DNA of 64,000 nucleotides from a bacterium (GTDB lineage: Bacteria; CAYTYR01; UBA6262). The stretch covers positions 239-64,238 of the forward strand of contig JAQTPL010000006.1 of assembly GCA_028712895.1 (NCBI GenBank), in the 5' to 3' direction. Shown one piece after another: positions 54,466-61,612 of the stretch. The notes under the pieces were generated by a model, which was not told where the DNA came from, searched no databases, and saw nothing but the letters and a program-made list of their open reading frames with translations. Numbering within the stretch: the stretch's first letter is position 1; every line of letters begins with the position of its first letter. The position numbers and the translations under genes are program-made.

Positions 54466-55221
54466 TTATAGGTCAAAAGTAACTATTTTGCTGAATGACT
54501 CGGGTTCCAGGCTGGCTCCGCCGACTAAGGCCCCATCTATATCCGCCTGTCCCATAAGTTCTTTGCTATTCTCCGGTTTAACGCTGCCGCCATACAAGAT
54601 CCTGATCTCTTCAGCTACAGCCGGAGCATATATTTCTGCTAATTTTTGGCGGATAAACTTGTGCGCTTCCTCAGCCTGCTGCGGAGTGGCTGTTTTGCCG
54701 GTACCGATAGCCCATACTGGCTCATAAGCAACCACTAATTTCCTAGCCTCTTCAGCGCTTAAGCCGCTGGCACCTTCACGGATCTGGCGTTCCAATACTG
54801 TGAAAGTCTCACTGCTTTCCCTTTCAGCCAGTGTTTCCCCGATACAAACAATGGGTAATAGTCCTGACAGGAAAGCTTTTTTCATTTTTTTATTGACCGT
54901 GGCATCAGTCTCGCCAAAGTATTGCCGGCGTTCAGAATGCCCAATGATCACATAGGTACAGCCGGTATCTCTCAGCATCCCCGGGGCAATCTCCCCGGTA
55001 AAAGCGCCTTTGTCTTCCCAATACATATTTTGGGCGCCTAATTTCAGGTTGGAGCCCTTCATGGATTCAGCCGCAATAGCTAAACTGGTAAAGGGCGGAC
55101 AGACTACCACTTCCCGGTCACTCAGCTTCCCTACCCGGCTGGCTAAACCTTCAACCAGGGCTTTAGCCTCCTGGGTATTTTTGTACATTTTCCAATTACC
55201 TGCAAGGATGGGTTTACGCAA
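54466..55221 (-). CDS. tpiA: Triosephosphate isomerase
   Basis: 251 aa. AGNWKMY, IIGHSERR, AYEPVWAIGTG, YGGSV. Confidence 0.95.
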   Translation of the reverse strand: MRKPILAGNWKMYKNTQEAKALVEGLASRVGKLSDREVVVCPPFTSLAIAAESMKGSNLKLGAQNMYWEDKGAFTGEIAPGMLRDTGCTYVIIGHSERRQYFGETDATVNKKMKKAFLSGLLPIVCIGETLAERESSETFTVLERQIREGASGLSAEEARKLVVAYEPVWAIGTGKTATPQQAEEAHKFIRQKLAEIYAPAVAEEIRILYGGSVKPENSKELMGQADIDGALVGGASLEPESFSKIVTFDL

Positions 55222-55333
55222 AGAAAATACCTCACTTTCAGAATTATATTCCGTAATAGATTATTGGTTTATGATAGCACATCATTTTTTTAATTTCAAG
55301 AGAAAAAAAGAGGATTGTAGGGAAGTTGGGAAC

Positions 55334-55873
55334 CTAACTAAACTGTGTTAGTTTGGGCGGTAATTTTAGGGCTAGGTTGGAGGCTAAAACTATCTTGACC
55401 AGATCGCCGGGCAGAAAAACGGCCATCCCGACCCAACAGGCCTGGGCCAGGGAAAGACGCGCGACAAACATCAGCTGGGCCAGGCCGCAAATATAAATCG
55501 CTATAGTTCCTAAGGCCATAGCCAAGGCCAGCCGCCAAAAGCTTCTTTTTCCTTTAGTCATAATACCAATAATGCAGCTGGCCGCCAGAAAACCCCACAA
55601 ATATCCGCCGGTTGGGCCGAACAATATTCCTAAGCCGGCTGTCCCACCGGCAAACACCGGCAAATTAAGGCAGCCGAGCAAGATATAGATCAACTGACTC
55701 AGCGGACCAAGCAGCGGGCCGAGGATTATACCGGATAAATAAGTAAAAAAAGTTTGCAAGGTAATAGGGACAGGATTGAAAGGCAAAGGGAGGGACACAA
55801 AGCTGCCGCCAGCGGTCAAACTGGCAAAAAGGCTGACTTTAACCATATCGTGGGCTGTTAGGCGCATAGGCAT
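55334..55873 (-). CDS. bioY: Biotin transporter BioY (ECF S-component type)
   Basis: 179 aa. VPITLQTFFTYLSGIILGP...LPVFAGGTAG...GPTGGYLWGF is the typical BioY pattern. Confidence 0.85.
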   Translation of the reverse strand: MPMRLTAHDMVKVSLFASLTAGGSFVSLPLPFNPVPITLQTFFTYLSGIILGPLLGPLSQLIYILLGCLNLPVFAGGTAGLGILFGPTGGYLWGFLAASCIIGIMTKGKRSFWRLALAMALGTIAIYICGLAQLMFVARLSLAQACWVGMAVFLPGDLVKIVLASNLALKLPPKLTQFS

Positions 55874-55935
55874 ACCATCTACTGTTAACTTACATTAAAA
55901 TCAAGTTAACTTTAAAGATAAAAAAAATAATAATA

Positions 55936-56155
55936 AGTTGGTGCTTCTAATATTTCTTTACATTTGCGGGAGCTATTTTTTCCTGGTTCAAGGCACGAGG
56001 AGTACGGCGTAGTAGCACTACGTAAGCGACGAGTAACACCGAAGCAGGGAAAAAGAGACCCGCCCGGAGGGAAGGATGTTTTTGGCCAACTACTGCGTCG
56101 CTTCTCCCTGCCTACCGGCAGGCAGGCTTGACGTATCTTCTAGACACACCACACT
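55936..56155. repeat. Structured repeat element, copy 2 (same orientation as copy 1)
   Basis: The run from TCTAATATTTCTTTACATTTGCGGGAGCTATTTTT to CTACTGCGTCG is collinear with copy 1. Helix 55966-55989 x 56041-56063 is retained. The apical segment and 3' tail differ. The closing inverted repeat is eroded on the left side. Confidence 0.65.
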
Positions 56156-56160
56156 AAGCC

Positions 56161-56198
56161 AAAAACGAGCCCCCATTAGTTAAACCGAATGGGAGCTC
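56161..56198 (-). terminator. Rho-independent terminator after the 43-aa gene
   Basis: Stem GAGCCCCCATT (56168-56178) / AATGGGAGCTC (56188-56198). On the minus strand it is followed by GUUUUU (56161-56166). A second 8-bp hairpin GTTAGAAA/TTTCTAAC lies at 56215-56235. Confidence 0.6.
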
Positions 56199-56260
56199 AA
56201 AAACTGTTTGCCTCGTTAGAAACTCGATTTCTAACCGGGGTTGCTTAAAAAACTGTTTAG

Positions 56261-56392
56261 CTATCTTCTTTTCTTTTTTTTCTTCTCACCACCGCGAGCC
56301 ATTTTCGCTCTGGAGATGTCACCCTGCTTGTCAATGAAATAAAGATACCCAGCCTGTTTCTTAACGCCGCATTTCATCACTTTCTCTGCCAT
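56261..56392 (-). CDS. 43-aa lysine-rich small protein (below the ORF-track size cutoff)
   Basis: My translation: MAEKVMKCGVKKQAGYLYFIDKQGDISRAKMARGGEKKKKKRR*. SD GGGGGGGTGA sits 6 nt upstream. It has its own consensus-like promoter and a terminator. Confidence 0.55.
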   Translation of the reverse strand: MAEKVMKCGVKKQAGYLYFIDKQGDISRAKMARGGEKKKKKRR

Positions 56393-56443
56393 TATTCTTC
56401 ACCCCCCCTCATCTTTTGATCATGAAAAAAATGTTCTAGGCTT

Positions 56444-56472
56444 CTTATACACTATCTATTTGGACTTGTCAA
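56444..56472 (-). promoter_or_regulatory. Candidate sigma70 promoter for the 43-aa gene
   Basis: Minus strand TTGACA (56472-56467), 17 nt, TATAAG (56449-56444). Confidence 0.55.
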
Positions 56473-56525
56473 GATAATTCTTACTTTTTTACGACGAGCT
56501 CTCTGACGATGAAAATCCCGAAGTA

Positions 56526-57743
56526 TTACACTGTCAGGGCCAGGAAGACCTCTCTGGCCCCGTTAACGATTTCTCCGTCGAACTGGTTGTCTTTTTGGCA
56601 CTCCAGTTCTGCTAGTGCCTCCTGAATGCTTTTCATTTTTTGGTAAGGGCGCGGGCTGGTCATAGCATCAAAAGCATCGGCCACGGTTATGATTCTGGAT
56701 AAATATGGTATTTGTTGCATTTCCAGATGATCCGGATATCCCAGGCCGTTAAAATGCTCATGATGATGGCGTACTGTAGGCACCAAATTCTTAAAAACAT
56801 CTATATATTTGATAATATCTGCGGTGGTCTCAGGATGCCTTCTCACCACGGCAAACTCTTCCTCGCTCAAGGGTCCTGGCTTGTTCAGGATAGATTGCGG
56901 GATAGCCACTTTACCGGCATCATGCAATAAGCTGGCCCACTTTATACGGCTGATCTCATCATGATCAAGATGTAGAGCTTCAGCCAATAACATCGCGTAT
57001 TGAGATACCCGCTGCGAATGGCCACTGGTATAGAGATGTTTGGCATCAATAACCCTGGCAAAAACCCGTAAGGTGATACCAATAACATCGCTCTTATCCT
57101 GACATTGCAAACGGGGTAACCCCTGCTGTAATTCTACAACCGCTTCTTCCAGACATTCATCCCGGTTAATTTCCCGGCAATACTCATTATGGGCTAATAC
57201 TTCACTAAAAGCTTCATACACGGAAGAGCAGAATTCCTTGTTCTTTTGTTCACCTAACTGTTTTATGCTTTGTTCATAATCAAGCTGGGGATTATCCTGC
57301 AGACAAAAATCGTAACTATCGGCAATTCTTAAGCATTGGGCCCCGATATTTATATCCTCGTTCTGTTTTTCATGTGGGTACCCTGCTCCATCCCAACGCT
57401 CATGATGGTCCATGATAATCTCAGCCGCCAGTTCCAGGCCGGGAATTTCCTGCACAATTCTAGCGCCTTTAACCGGATGCGCAAAAATCACCGGATGGGC
57501 TCTCTGCTGGTCCAGGGATAACTGTGGTCTGATACCATTGTCAATGCTGACCGACCCGACATCATGCAGTAAGCTGGCATAAAACACCTGGTTAATATCT
57601 TCCGGGGTAATTTTCCGGGCAACTTCTGTGGCCAGCACCGCCACCCGCCAGGCATGAAAGATACGCTGATGATTTTCTAAGGCAATAATTTGCGAAAGCG
57701 CATTGATAATCTGACTGAAGGAGCTTTCCAAATTAAATTCCAC
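56526..57743 (-). CDS. Tandem HD-GYP domain protein
   Basis: ORF track to 57767 (TTG). GTG 57743 preferred (GGGAGGG SD 4 nt upstream). Two modules: LLHDVGSV...HHERWDGAGYPH and LLHDAGKVAIP...HHEHFNGLGYPD. Confidence 0.85.
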   Translation of the reverse strand: MEFNLESSFSQIINALSQIIALENHQRIFHAWRVAVLATEVARKITPEDINQVFYASLLHDVGSVSIDNGIRPQLSLDQQRAHPVIFAHPVKGARIVQEIPGLELAAEIIMDHHERWDGAGYPHEKQNEDINIGAQCLRIADSYDFCLQDNPQLDYEQSIKQLGEQKNKEFCSSVYEAFSEVLAHNEYCREINRDECLEEAVVELQQGLPRLQCQDKSDVIGITLRVFARVIDAKHLYTSGHSQRVSQYAMLLAEALHLDHDEISRIKWASLLHDAGKVAIPQSILNKPGPLSEEEFAVVRRHPETTADIIKYIDVFKNLVPTVRHHHEHFNGLGYPDHLEMQQIPYLSRIITVADAFDAMTSPRPYQKMKSIQEALAELECQKDNQFDGEIVNGAREVFLALTV

Positions 57744-57797
57744 GATACCCTCCCTTTTTAGGAACAACTACTTAATTTTATTTATTCTTTATAAATT

Positions 57798-57825
57798 AAA
57801 AAACCGGGATATAATTAATCCCAGG
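57798..57825 (-). terminator. Rho-independent terminator downstream of tRNA-Glu
   Basis: Minus strand CCUGGGAU-uaauuau-AUCCCGG (57825-57804, one bulged U), followed by UUUUUU (57803-57798). Confidence 0.55.
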
Positions 57826-58019
57826 GTTATGGTGTTTATTAAATTATTATCTTTCCTTACATCCGGTTTATGATCCCGGTGTTTTACTATACACAGTCTG
57901 TCTATCTTAAACATAACTGCACCTCAAAAGCTTTACTTTCGAGTCACTTCTCATCCCGTTACTTTTGCTCTAGCTTTTTCTATCAGCTACGAGCTATGAA
58001 CTATGAGCTTTCTTTTTGG

Positions 58020-58045
58020 TGGCGCCAACGGGACTTCCACCCAGC
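58020..58045 (-). pseudogene. Fragment duplicating the 3' end of tRNA-Glu
   Basis: TGGCGCCAACGGGACT (58020-58035) is identical to 58102-58117 (acceptor 3' strand + T-stem of tRNA-Glu), with degenerate similarity for ~10 more nt. The flanking 16-mer CACTTCTC[A/G]TCCCGTT is also duplicated (57945-57960 and 58080-58095). Confidence 0.5.
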
Positions 58046-58101
58046 AAGCGTTGGCGGATTCCGTTCGCGCAGCTCACTTCACTTCTCGTCCCGTTTAAAT
58101 A

Positions 58102-58175
58102 TGGCGCCAACGGGACTCGAACCCGTAAGCTCTGCCTTGAGAGGGCAGCGTCCTAACCAATTAGACGATGGCGCC
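58102..58175 (-). tRNA. tRNA-Glu (anticodon CUC)
   Basis: Hand-folded cloverleaf: GGCGCCA/UGGCGCC acceptor, GUCU/GGAC D-stem, CUGCC-CUCUCAA-GGCAG anticodon arm, ACGGG-UUCGAGU-CCCGU T-arm. 74 nt; CCA not encoded. Confidence 0.85.
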
Positions 58176-58180
58176 GTAAG

Positions 58181-58546
58181 CTATTTACTTGGCGAAACGA
58201 GAAAAATACTTAACAAAGTACTAATCACGCTAAGAATGAGCGCGCCAATGATCGCCCAAAAGAAGCCATCAATAACAAAACCAGGAATGGCCCAGGCTAC
58301 AAAACTCAGGAGCATTCCATTGATAATGAAAGTCAATAATCCCAAGGTCAGTATATTTATGGGCAGCGTTAATAAGATAATGACCGGCTTAATAAACGCA
58401 TTAACCAAACCTAATAATAGCGCTGCCATTAGAGCCGCCCAAGGGCTGGCTATATATATCCCAGCCACCAGGTAATCTGTTAAGATCAAAGCTATGATAT
58501 TGATTCCCCAGCGTAATAAGAAATGCATAAGTACCTCAAATAGCAA
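58181..58546 (-). CDS. 4-TM membrane protein of the phage-holin-4_2/DUF360 (YvlD-like) family
   Basis: 121 aa. GLVNAFIKPVIILLTLPINILTLGLLTFIINGMLL..VAWAIPGF.IDGFFWA pattern. Lies between the two tRNA genes. Confidence 0.7.
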   Translation of the reverse strand: MLFEVLMHFLLRWGINIIALILTDYLVAGIYIASPWAALMAALLLGLVNAFIKPVIILLTLPINILTLGLLTFIINGMLLSFVAWAIPGFVIDGFFWAIIGALILSVISTLLSIFLVSPSK

Positions 58547-58657
58547 AAAACTATTAAAACTTGAGAGTTGAAATTTGGAATTAGATCGTAATCCCTGTCT
58601 GCCGACAGGTAGAAATTCTCGATTACTTTGCTTAAATCCAACAGAGTTGGATTTAAA

Positions 58658-58730
58658 CTGCCCGGCCTGGACTCGAACCAGGAGACTTCTGCTCCAGAGG
58701 CAGACGTGTTACCAATTACACCACCGGGCA
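58658..58730 (-). tRNA. tRNA-Gln (anticodon CUG)
   Basis: Hand-folded: UGCCCGG/CCGGGCA acceptor, GUGU/ACAC D-stem, UCUGC-CUCUGGA-GCAGA anticodon arm, CCUGG-UUCGAGU-CCAGG T-arm. 73 nt. A 9-bp hairpin (58634-58654) follows 3 nt downstream. Confidence 0.85.
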
Positions 58731-58778
58731 ATATCAAAATTATTTATCGTTCACCGTCCCCCGCCAATGAATTGGCGG

Positions 58779-58849
58779 GTCGTGGTTCATCGTTCGTAGT
58801 TATAGATATGTGCTTTTACGACCAACCACGAACGACTAACTACTAACGG
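58779..58849. repeat. Heptad-word hairpin overlapping the DUF1844 stop codon
   Basis: Left arm GTCGTGG TTCATCG TTCGTAG TTATAG; right arm ACGACCA ACCACGA ACGACTA ACTACTA ACGG. Perfect 8-bp core TCGTTCGT (58790-58797) / ACGAACGA (58828-58835). A separate 9-bp hairpin CCCGCCAAT/ATTGGCGGG lies at 58760-58779. Confidence 0.6.
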
Positions 58850-59141
58850 CCTTATTGCTTTCTTCGACGTAATTTAGTTCCAGGTCAGCCAATACTCCTT
58901 CAATCATTTGCTGTTCTTTAGGATTCAAGTTCCCCTGGGTTTTATTCTGCAGCATACGTAACATATCGATCATAGATTTAGCCTGTTTTAGATCCTTTTG
59001 GACCTGATTGCTAACTGGATGGACTTGTTTTCCCAGCCAAGACCAAGCTGCCTGGCTCAAGGAATAGACCAAGCTTAAAAAACTAAGTTCTTCCTCATTA
59101 ATTTTAGCTTCGACTTTCTCTTTTTCTAATTCTTCACCCAT
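58836..59141 (-). CDS. DUF1844-family protein
   Basis: 101 aa. FLSLVYSLSQAAWSWLG...AKSMIDMLRMLQNKTQGNLNPKEQQ...LADLELNYV matches the DUF1844 pattern. Has a 1-nt overlap with gltX. Confidence 0.7.
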   Translation of the reverse strand: MGEELEKEKVEAKINEEELSFLSLVYSLSQAAWSWLGKQVHPVSNQVQKDLKQAKSMIDMLRMLQNKTQGNLNPKEQQMIEGVLADLELNYVEESNKAVSS

Positions 59142-60565
59142 TACAGCCTCTCTACTGTTTGTTTGATCCGGGCCAATACCCGTTCCCGTCCCAGCACTGA
59201 AAGCATGTCAAAAAGGCCAGGTCCGGTGGTCCGACCACTCACTGCTACGCGAACCGGATGGAACACTTCCCCGGTTTTGTAATTATTAGTTTCACACAGC
59301 TGCCGTACAGTTTGCTCTAAGCCTGCTACGGAAAAATCCTGTGCACTTGACAATCCGGCAGCAACTTTTGCTAATATCTCTTTGACATTCGGCTTGGCCA
59401 GGGTTTTTTGGGCTTTATCATCTGCCAACTCAACCTTTTCCATAAAAAAGAAATCCACTAATTCCGGCAATTCGCCTATAGTCTTGATCCGCTCCCGCTC
59501 CAGGGAAATAACCTGGTTAATATACTCTAAATCCGTGTTTTCGTCTATTAATTTCTTTTCTACCAGGAATTTCTTCCCTAACCGCACTAGGTTTTCAGGT
59601 AGTAGTTTATGACGGATATACTCGCCATTCAGCCATTTTAATTTTTCCGGATCAAAAATGGCCGCATTCTTAGCGCACCGTTCCAAAGAGAATTTTTCGA
59701 TCATCTCAGAGACTGAGAATATCTGCTGGCTGTCTTCAGTAGCCCAACCCAGCAATACCAGGTAATTCATAATTGCTTCCGGTAGATACCCCTGCTGGAT
59801 ATATTCATCTAATGCTGCCGCACCATGCCGTTTACTTAATCGGGCGCCATCAGGCCCCAGGATCATGGGGATGTGGGCAAATTCAGGTAATTCCCAGCCA
59901 AAGGCCTGATAGAGCATAATTTGCCGGGGAGTATTGGAAATATGGTCATCCCCGCGAATCACATGGGTAATAGCCATATCGTGGTCATCACAAACCACGG
60001 CAAAATTATATACCGGTACCCCGGAGGATTTCAGGATCACAAAATCATCCAGGAGAGAATTATCAAACTGGATCGGACCTTTGACCAGGTCATTGATCTT
60101 GGTCACACCGGAATCAGGCATCCTGAAACGGATCACTGGCTGGCGGCCTTCCTGTTCAAATTTCTTTTTTTGTTCTGCCGAGAGAGCCCGGCATTGGCCG
60201 TTATATTTAGGCGGTAGTTTTTTAGCCATCATCTCTTTGCGCCGTGTTTCCAGCTCTTCCGGCGAGCAATAGCATTGGTACGCCCGCCCTTGCCGCACTA
60301 ACTGAGCGGCATACTGTTGGTGTTTTGCTTTATGGTCACTTTGTAAAAAAGGACCTTCATCCCAGTTCATGCCCAGCCATTCCATACTGCGCAGTATTTG
60401 GGCAGTAGATTCCTCAGTGGAACGAGCTTCATCAGTATCTTCAATGCGCAAGACAAAAACACCTTTTTTATTTCTGGCAAAGAGCCAATTAAACAAGGCT
60501 GTCCTGGCTCCCCCGATATGCAGATAGCCGGTGGGAGAAGGAGCAAACCGTACACGAATGGTCAA
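59141..60565 (-). CDS. gltX: Glutamyl-tRNA synthetase
   Basis: 474 aa, TTG start behind AGGAGG. RFAPSPTGYLHIGGARTALFNW (HIGH), LSKRHG (KMSKS). Confidence 0.95.
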   Translation of the reverse strand: MTIRVRFAPSPTGYLHIGGARTALFNWLFARNKKGVFVLRIEDTDEARSTEESTAQILRSMEWLGMNWDEGPFLQSDHKAKHQQYAAQLVRQGRAYQCYCSPEELETRRKEMMAKKLPPKYNGQCRALSAEQKKKFEQEGRQPVIRFRMPDSGVTKINDLVKGPIQFDNSLLDDFVILKSSGVPVYNFAVVCDDHDMAITHVIRGDDHISNTPRQIMLYQAFGWELPEFAHIPMILGPDGARLSKRHGAAALDEYIQQGYLPEAIMNYLVLLGWATEDSQQIFSVSEMIEKFSLERCAKNAAIFDPEKLKWLNGEYIRHKLLPENLVRLGKKFLVEKKLIDENTDLEYINQVISLERERIKTIGELPELVDFFFMEKVELADDKAQKTLAKPNVKEILAKVAAGLSSAQDFSVAGLEQTVRQLCETNNYKTGEVFHPVRVAVSGRTTGPGLFDMLSVLGRERVLARIKQTVERL

Positions 60566-60589
60566 TGGGAAAATCCTCCTGCTAAGATC

Positions 60590-60686
60590 AGTTTTGAGTT
60601 ATAAGTTATGAGTGTTGAGTTGTGGTCAAAATCTTTCCATAATATATTTACCTTAACTCAAAACTCAAAATTCAAAACTTAAAACT
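60590..60686. repeat. Intercistronic heptad-word hairpin, GTTTTGA family (copy 2)
   Basis: Left arm AGTTTTG AGTTATA AGTTATG AGTGTTG AGTTGTG against right arm 60651-60686: 27 WC + 3 G.U of 35 by hand. The loop carries CATAATATATTTACCTTAA. Fills the hisG-gltX spacer. Confidence 0.75.
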
Positions 60687-60690
60687 GCTT

Positions 60691-61563
60691 TTAATAGATC
60701 ACTTTATTCAATGGATATTCGATAATTCCCTGGGCACCGGCCCGTTTCAGTTCCGGGATAATTTGTTTGACAATTTTTTCTTCCATGATCACTTCCAGGG
60801 CGACCCAACCTTTTTTCGTCAATCCTGAAACTGTCGGGTTTTTCAGCGCCGGCAGCACAGCCAGTATTTTCTTCAGGTTCGCGTCAGCTACATTCATTTT
60901 CAAGCCTACCATTCCTTCGGCAGCGAGGGCTCCCTTTAACAAGATGGACAGGTTTTCGATCTTTCTTTTTTTCCAAGTGTCCTGCAAGGCAGCGGCGTTG
61001 GCGATCAACCGGGTGGTTGATTGCAATATGGTATCGATGATGCGTAATTTATTAGCCCGCAAGCTGGAACCAGTTTCGGTCAGCTCGACAATCGCGTCGA
61101 CCAGGTCCGGGACCTTGGCTTCAGTCGCTCCCCAGGAAAATTCCACATCTGCTTTTACTTTGTTCTTTTGCAGATAATTTTTAACGATATTCACTACTTC
61201 CGTGGCAATACGCTTGTTTTTAAGATCTGTTACTTTATTAAAAGAAGAATTCTCACTAACTGCCAATACCCATTTCACTGGCCGATAACCGCTCTTGGCA
61301 TAGATCAACTCTGTCACTTCCTTCACTTTGGCGCCAGATTCCACGATCCAGTCATAGCCGGCCAGGCCCACGTCAAAAACCCCGTCTTCCACATACTTGG
61401 GGATCTCCTGGGTCCGGACCAGCATTATTTCCAACTCATCATCATCACAGGAGGGAAAATAACTGCGATCATTCACATATATATTTACCCCGGCTTTTTT
61501 AAATAACGCCAGGGTTGAATCCTGCAAGCTTCCCTTTGGAAATCCTAATTTTAGTTTTTTCAT
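60691..61563 (-). CDS. hisG: ATP phosphoribosyltransferase, long form with C-terminal regulatory domain
   Basis: 290 aa. [30 protein letters not shown], plus the HisG_C-like tail. Confidence 0.9.
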   Translation of the reverse strand: MKKLKLGFPKGSLQDSTLALFKKAGVNIYVNDRSYFPSCDDDELEIMLVRTQEIPKYVEDGVFDVGLAGYDWIVESGAKVKEVTELIYAKSGYRPVKWVLAVSENSSFNKVTDLKNKRIATEVVNIVKNYLQKNKVKADVEFSWGATEAKVPDLVDAIVELTETGSSLRANKLRIIDTILQSTTRLIANAAALQDTWKKRKIENLSILLKGALAAEGMVGLKMNVADANLKKILAVLPALKNPTVSGLTKKGWVALEVIMEEKIVKQIIPELKRAGAQGIIEYPLNKVIY

Positions 61564-61612
61564 TTTCCTTTTCCTCTTTATTATTTGTTTTTACTAGCGA
61601 CTGGAGACTGCT

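Noticed and set aside
53089-56155. Two direct copies of the element acting as a composite transposon around deoC-rpiB-tpiA-bioY
   Set aside because: There is no transposase and no target-site duplication that I could see. The cargo is core metabolism, and the terminal repeat of copy 2 is eroded. More likely these are two independent spacer-filling copies.
58181-58546. Holin-family gene as part of a prophage lysis cassette
   Set aside because: No endolysin, spanin, integrase or other phage genes are adjacent. DUF360/YvlD-like proteins are common chromosomal membrane proteins.
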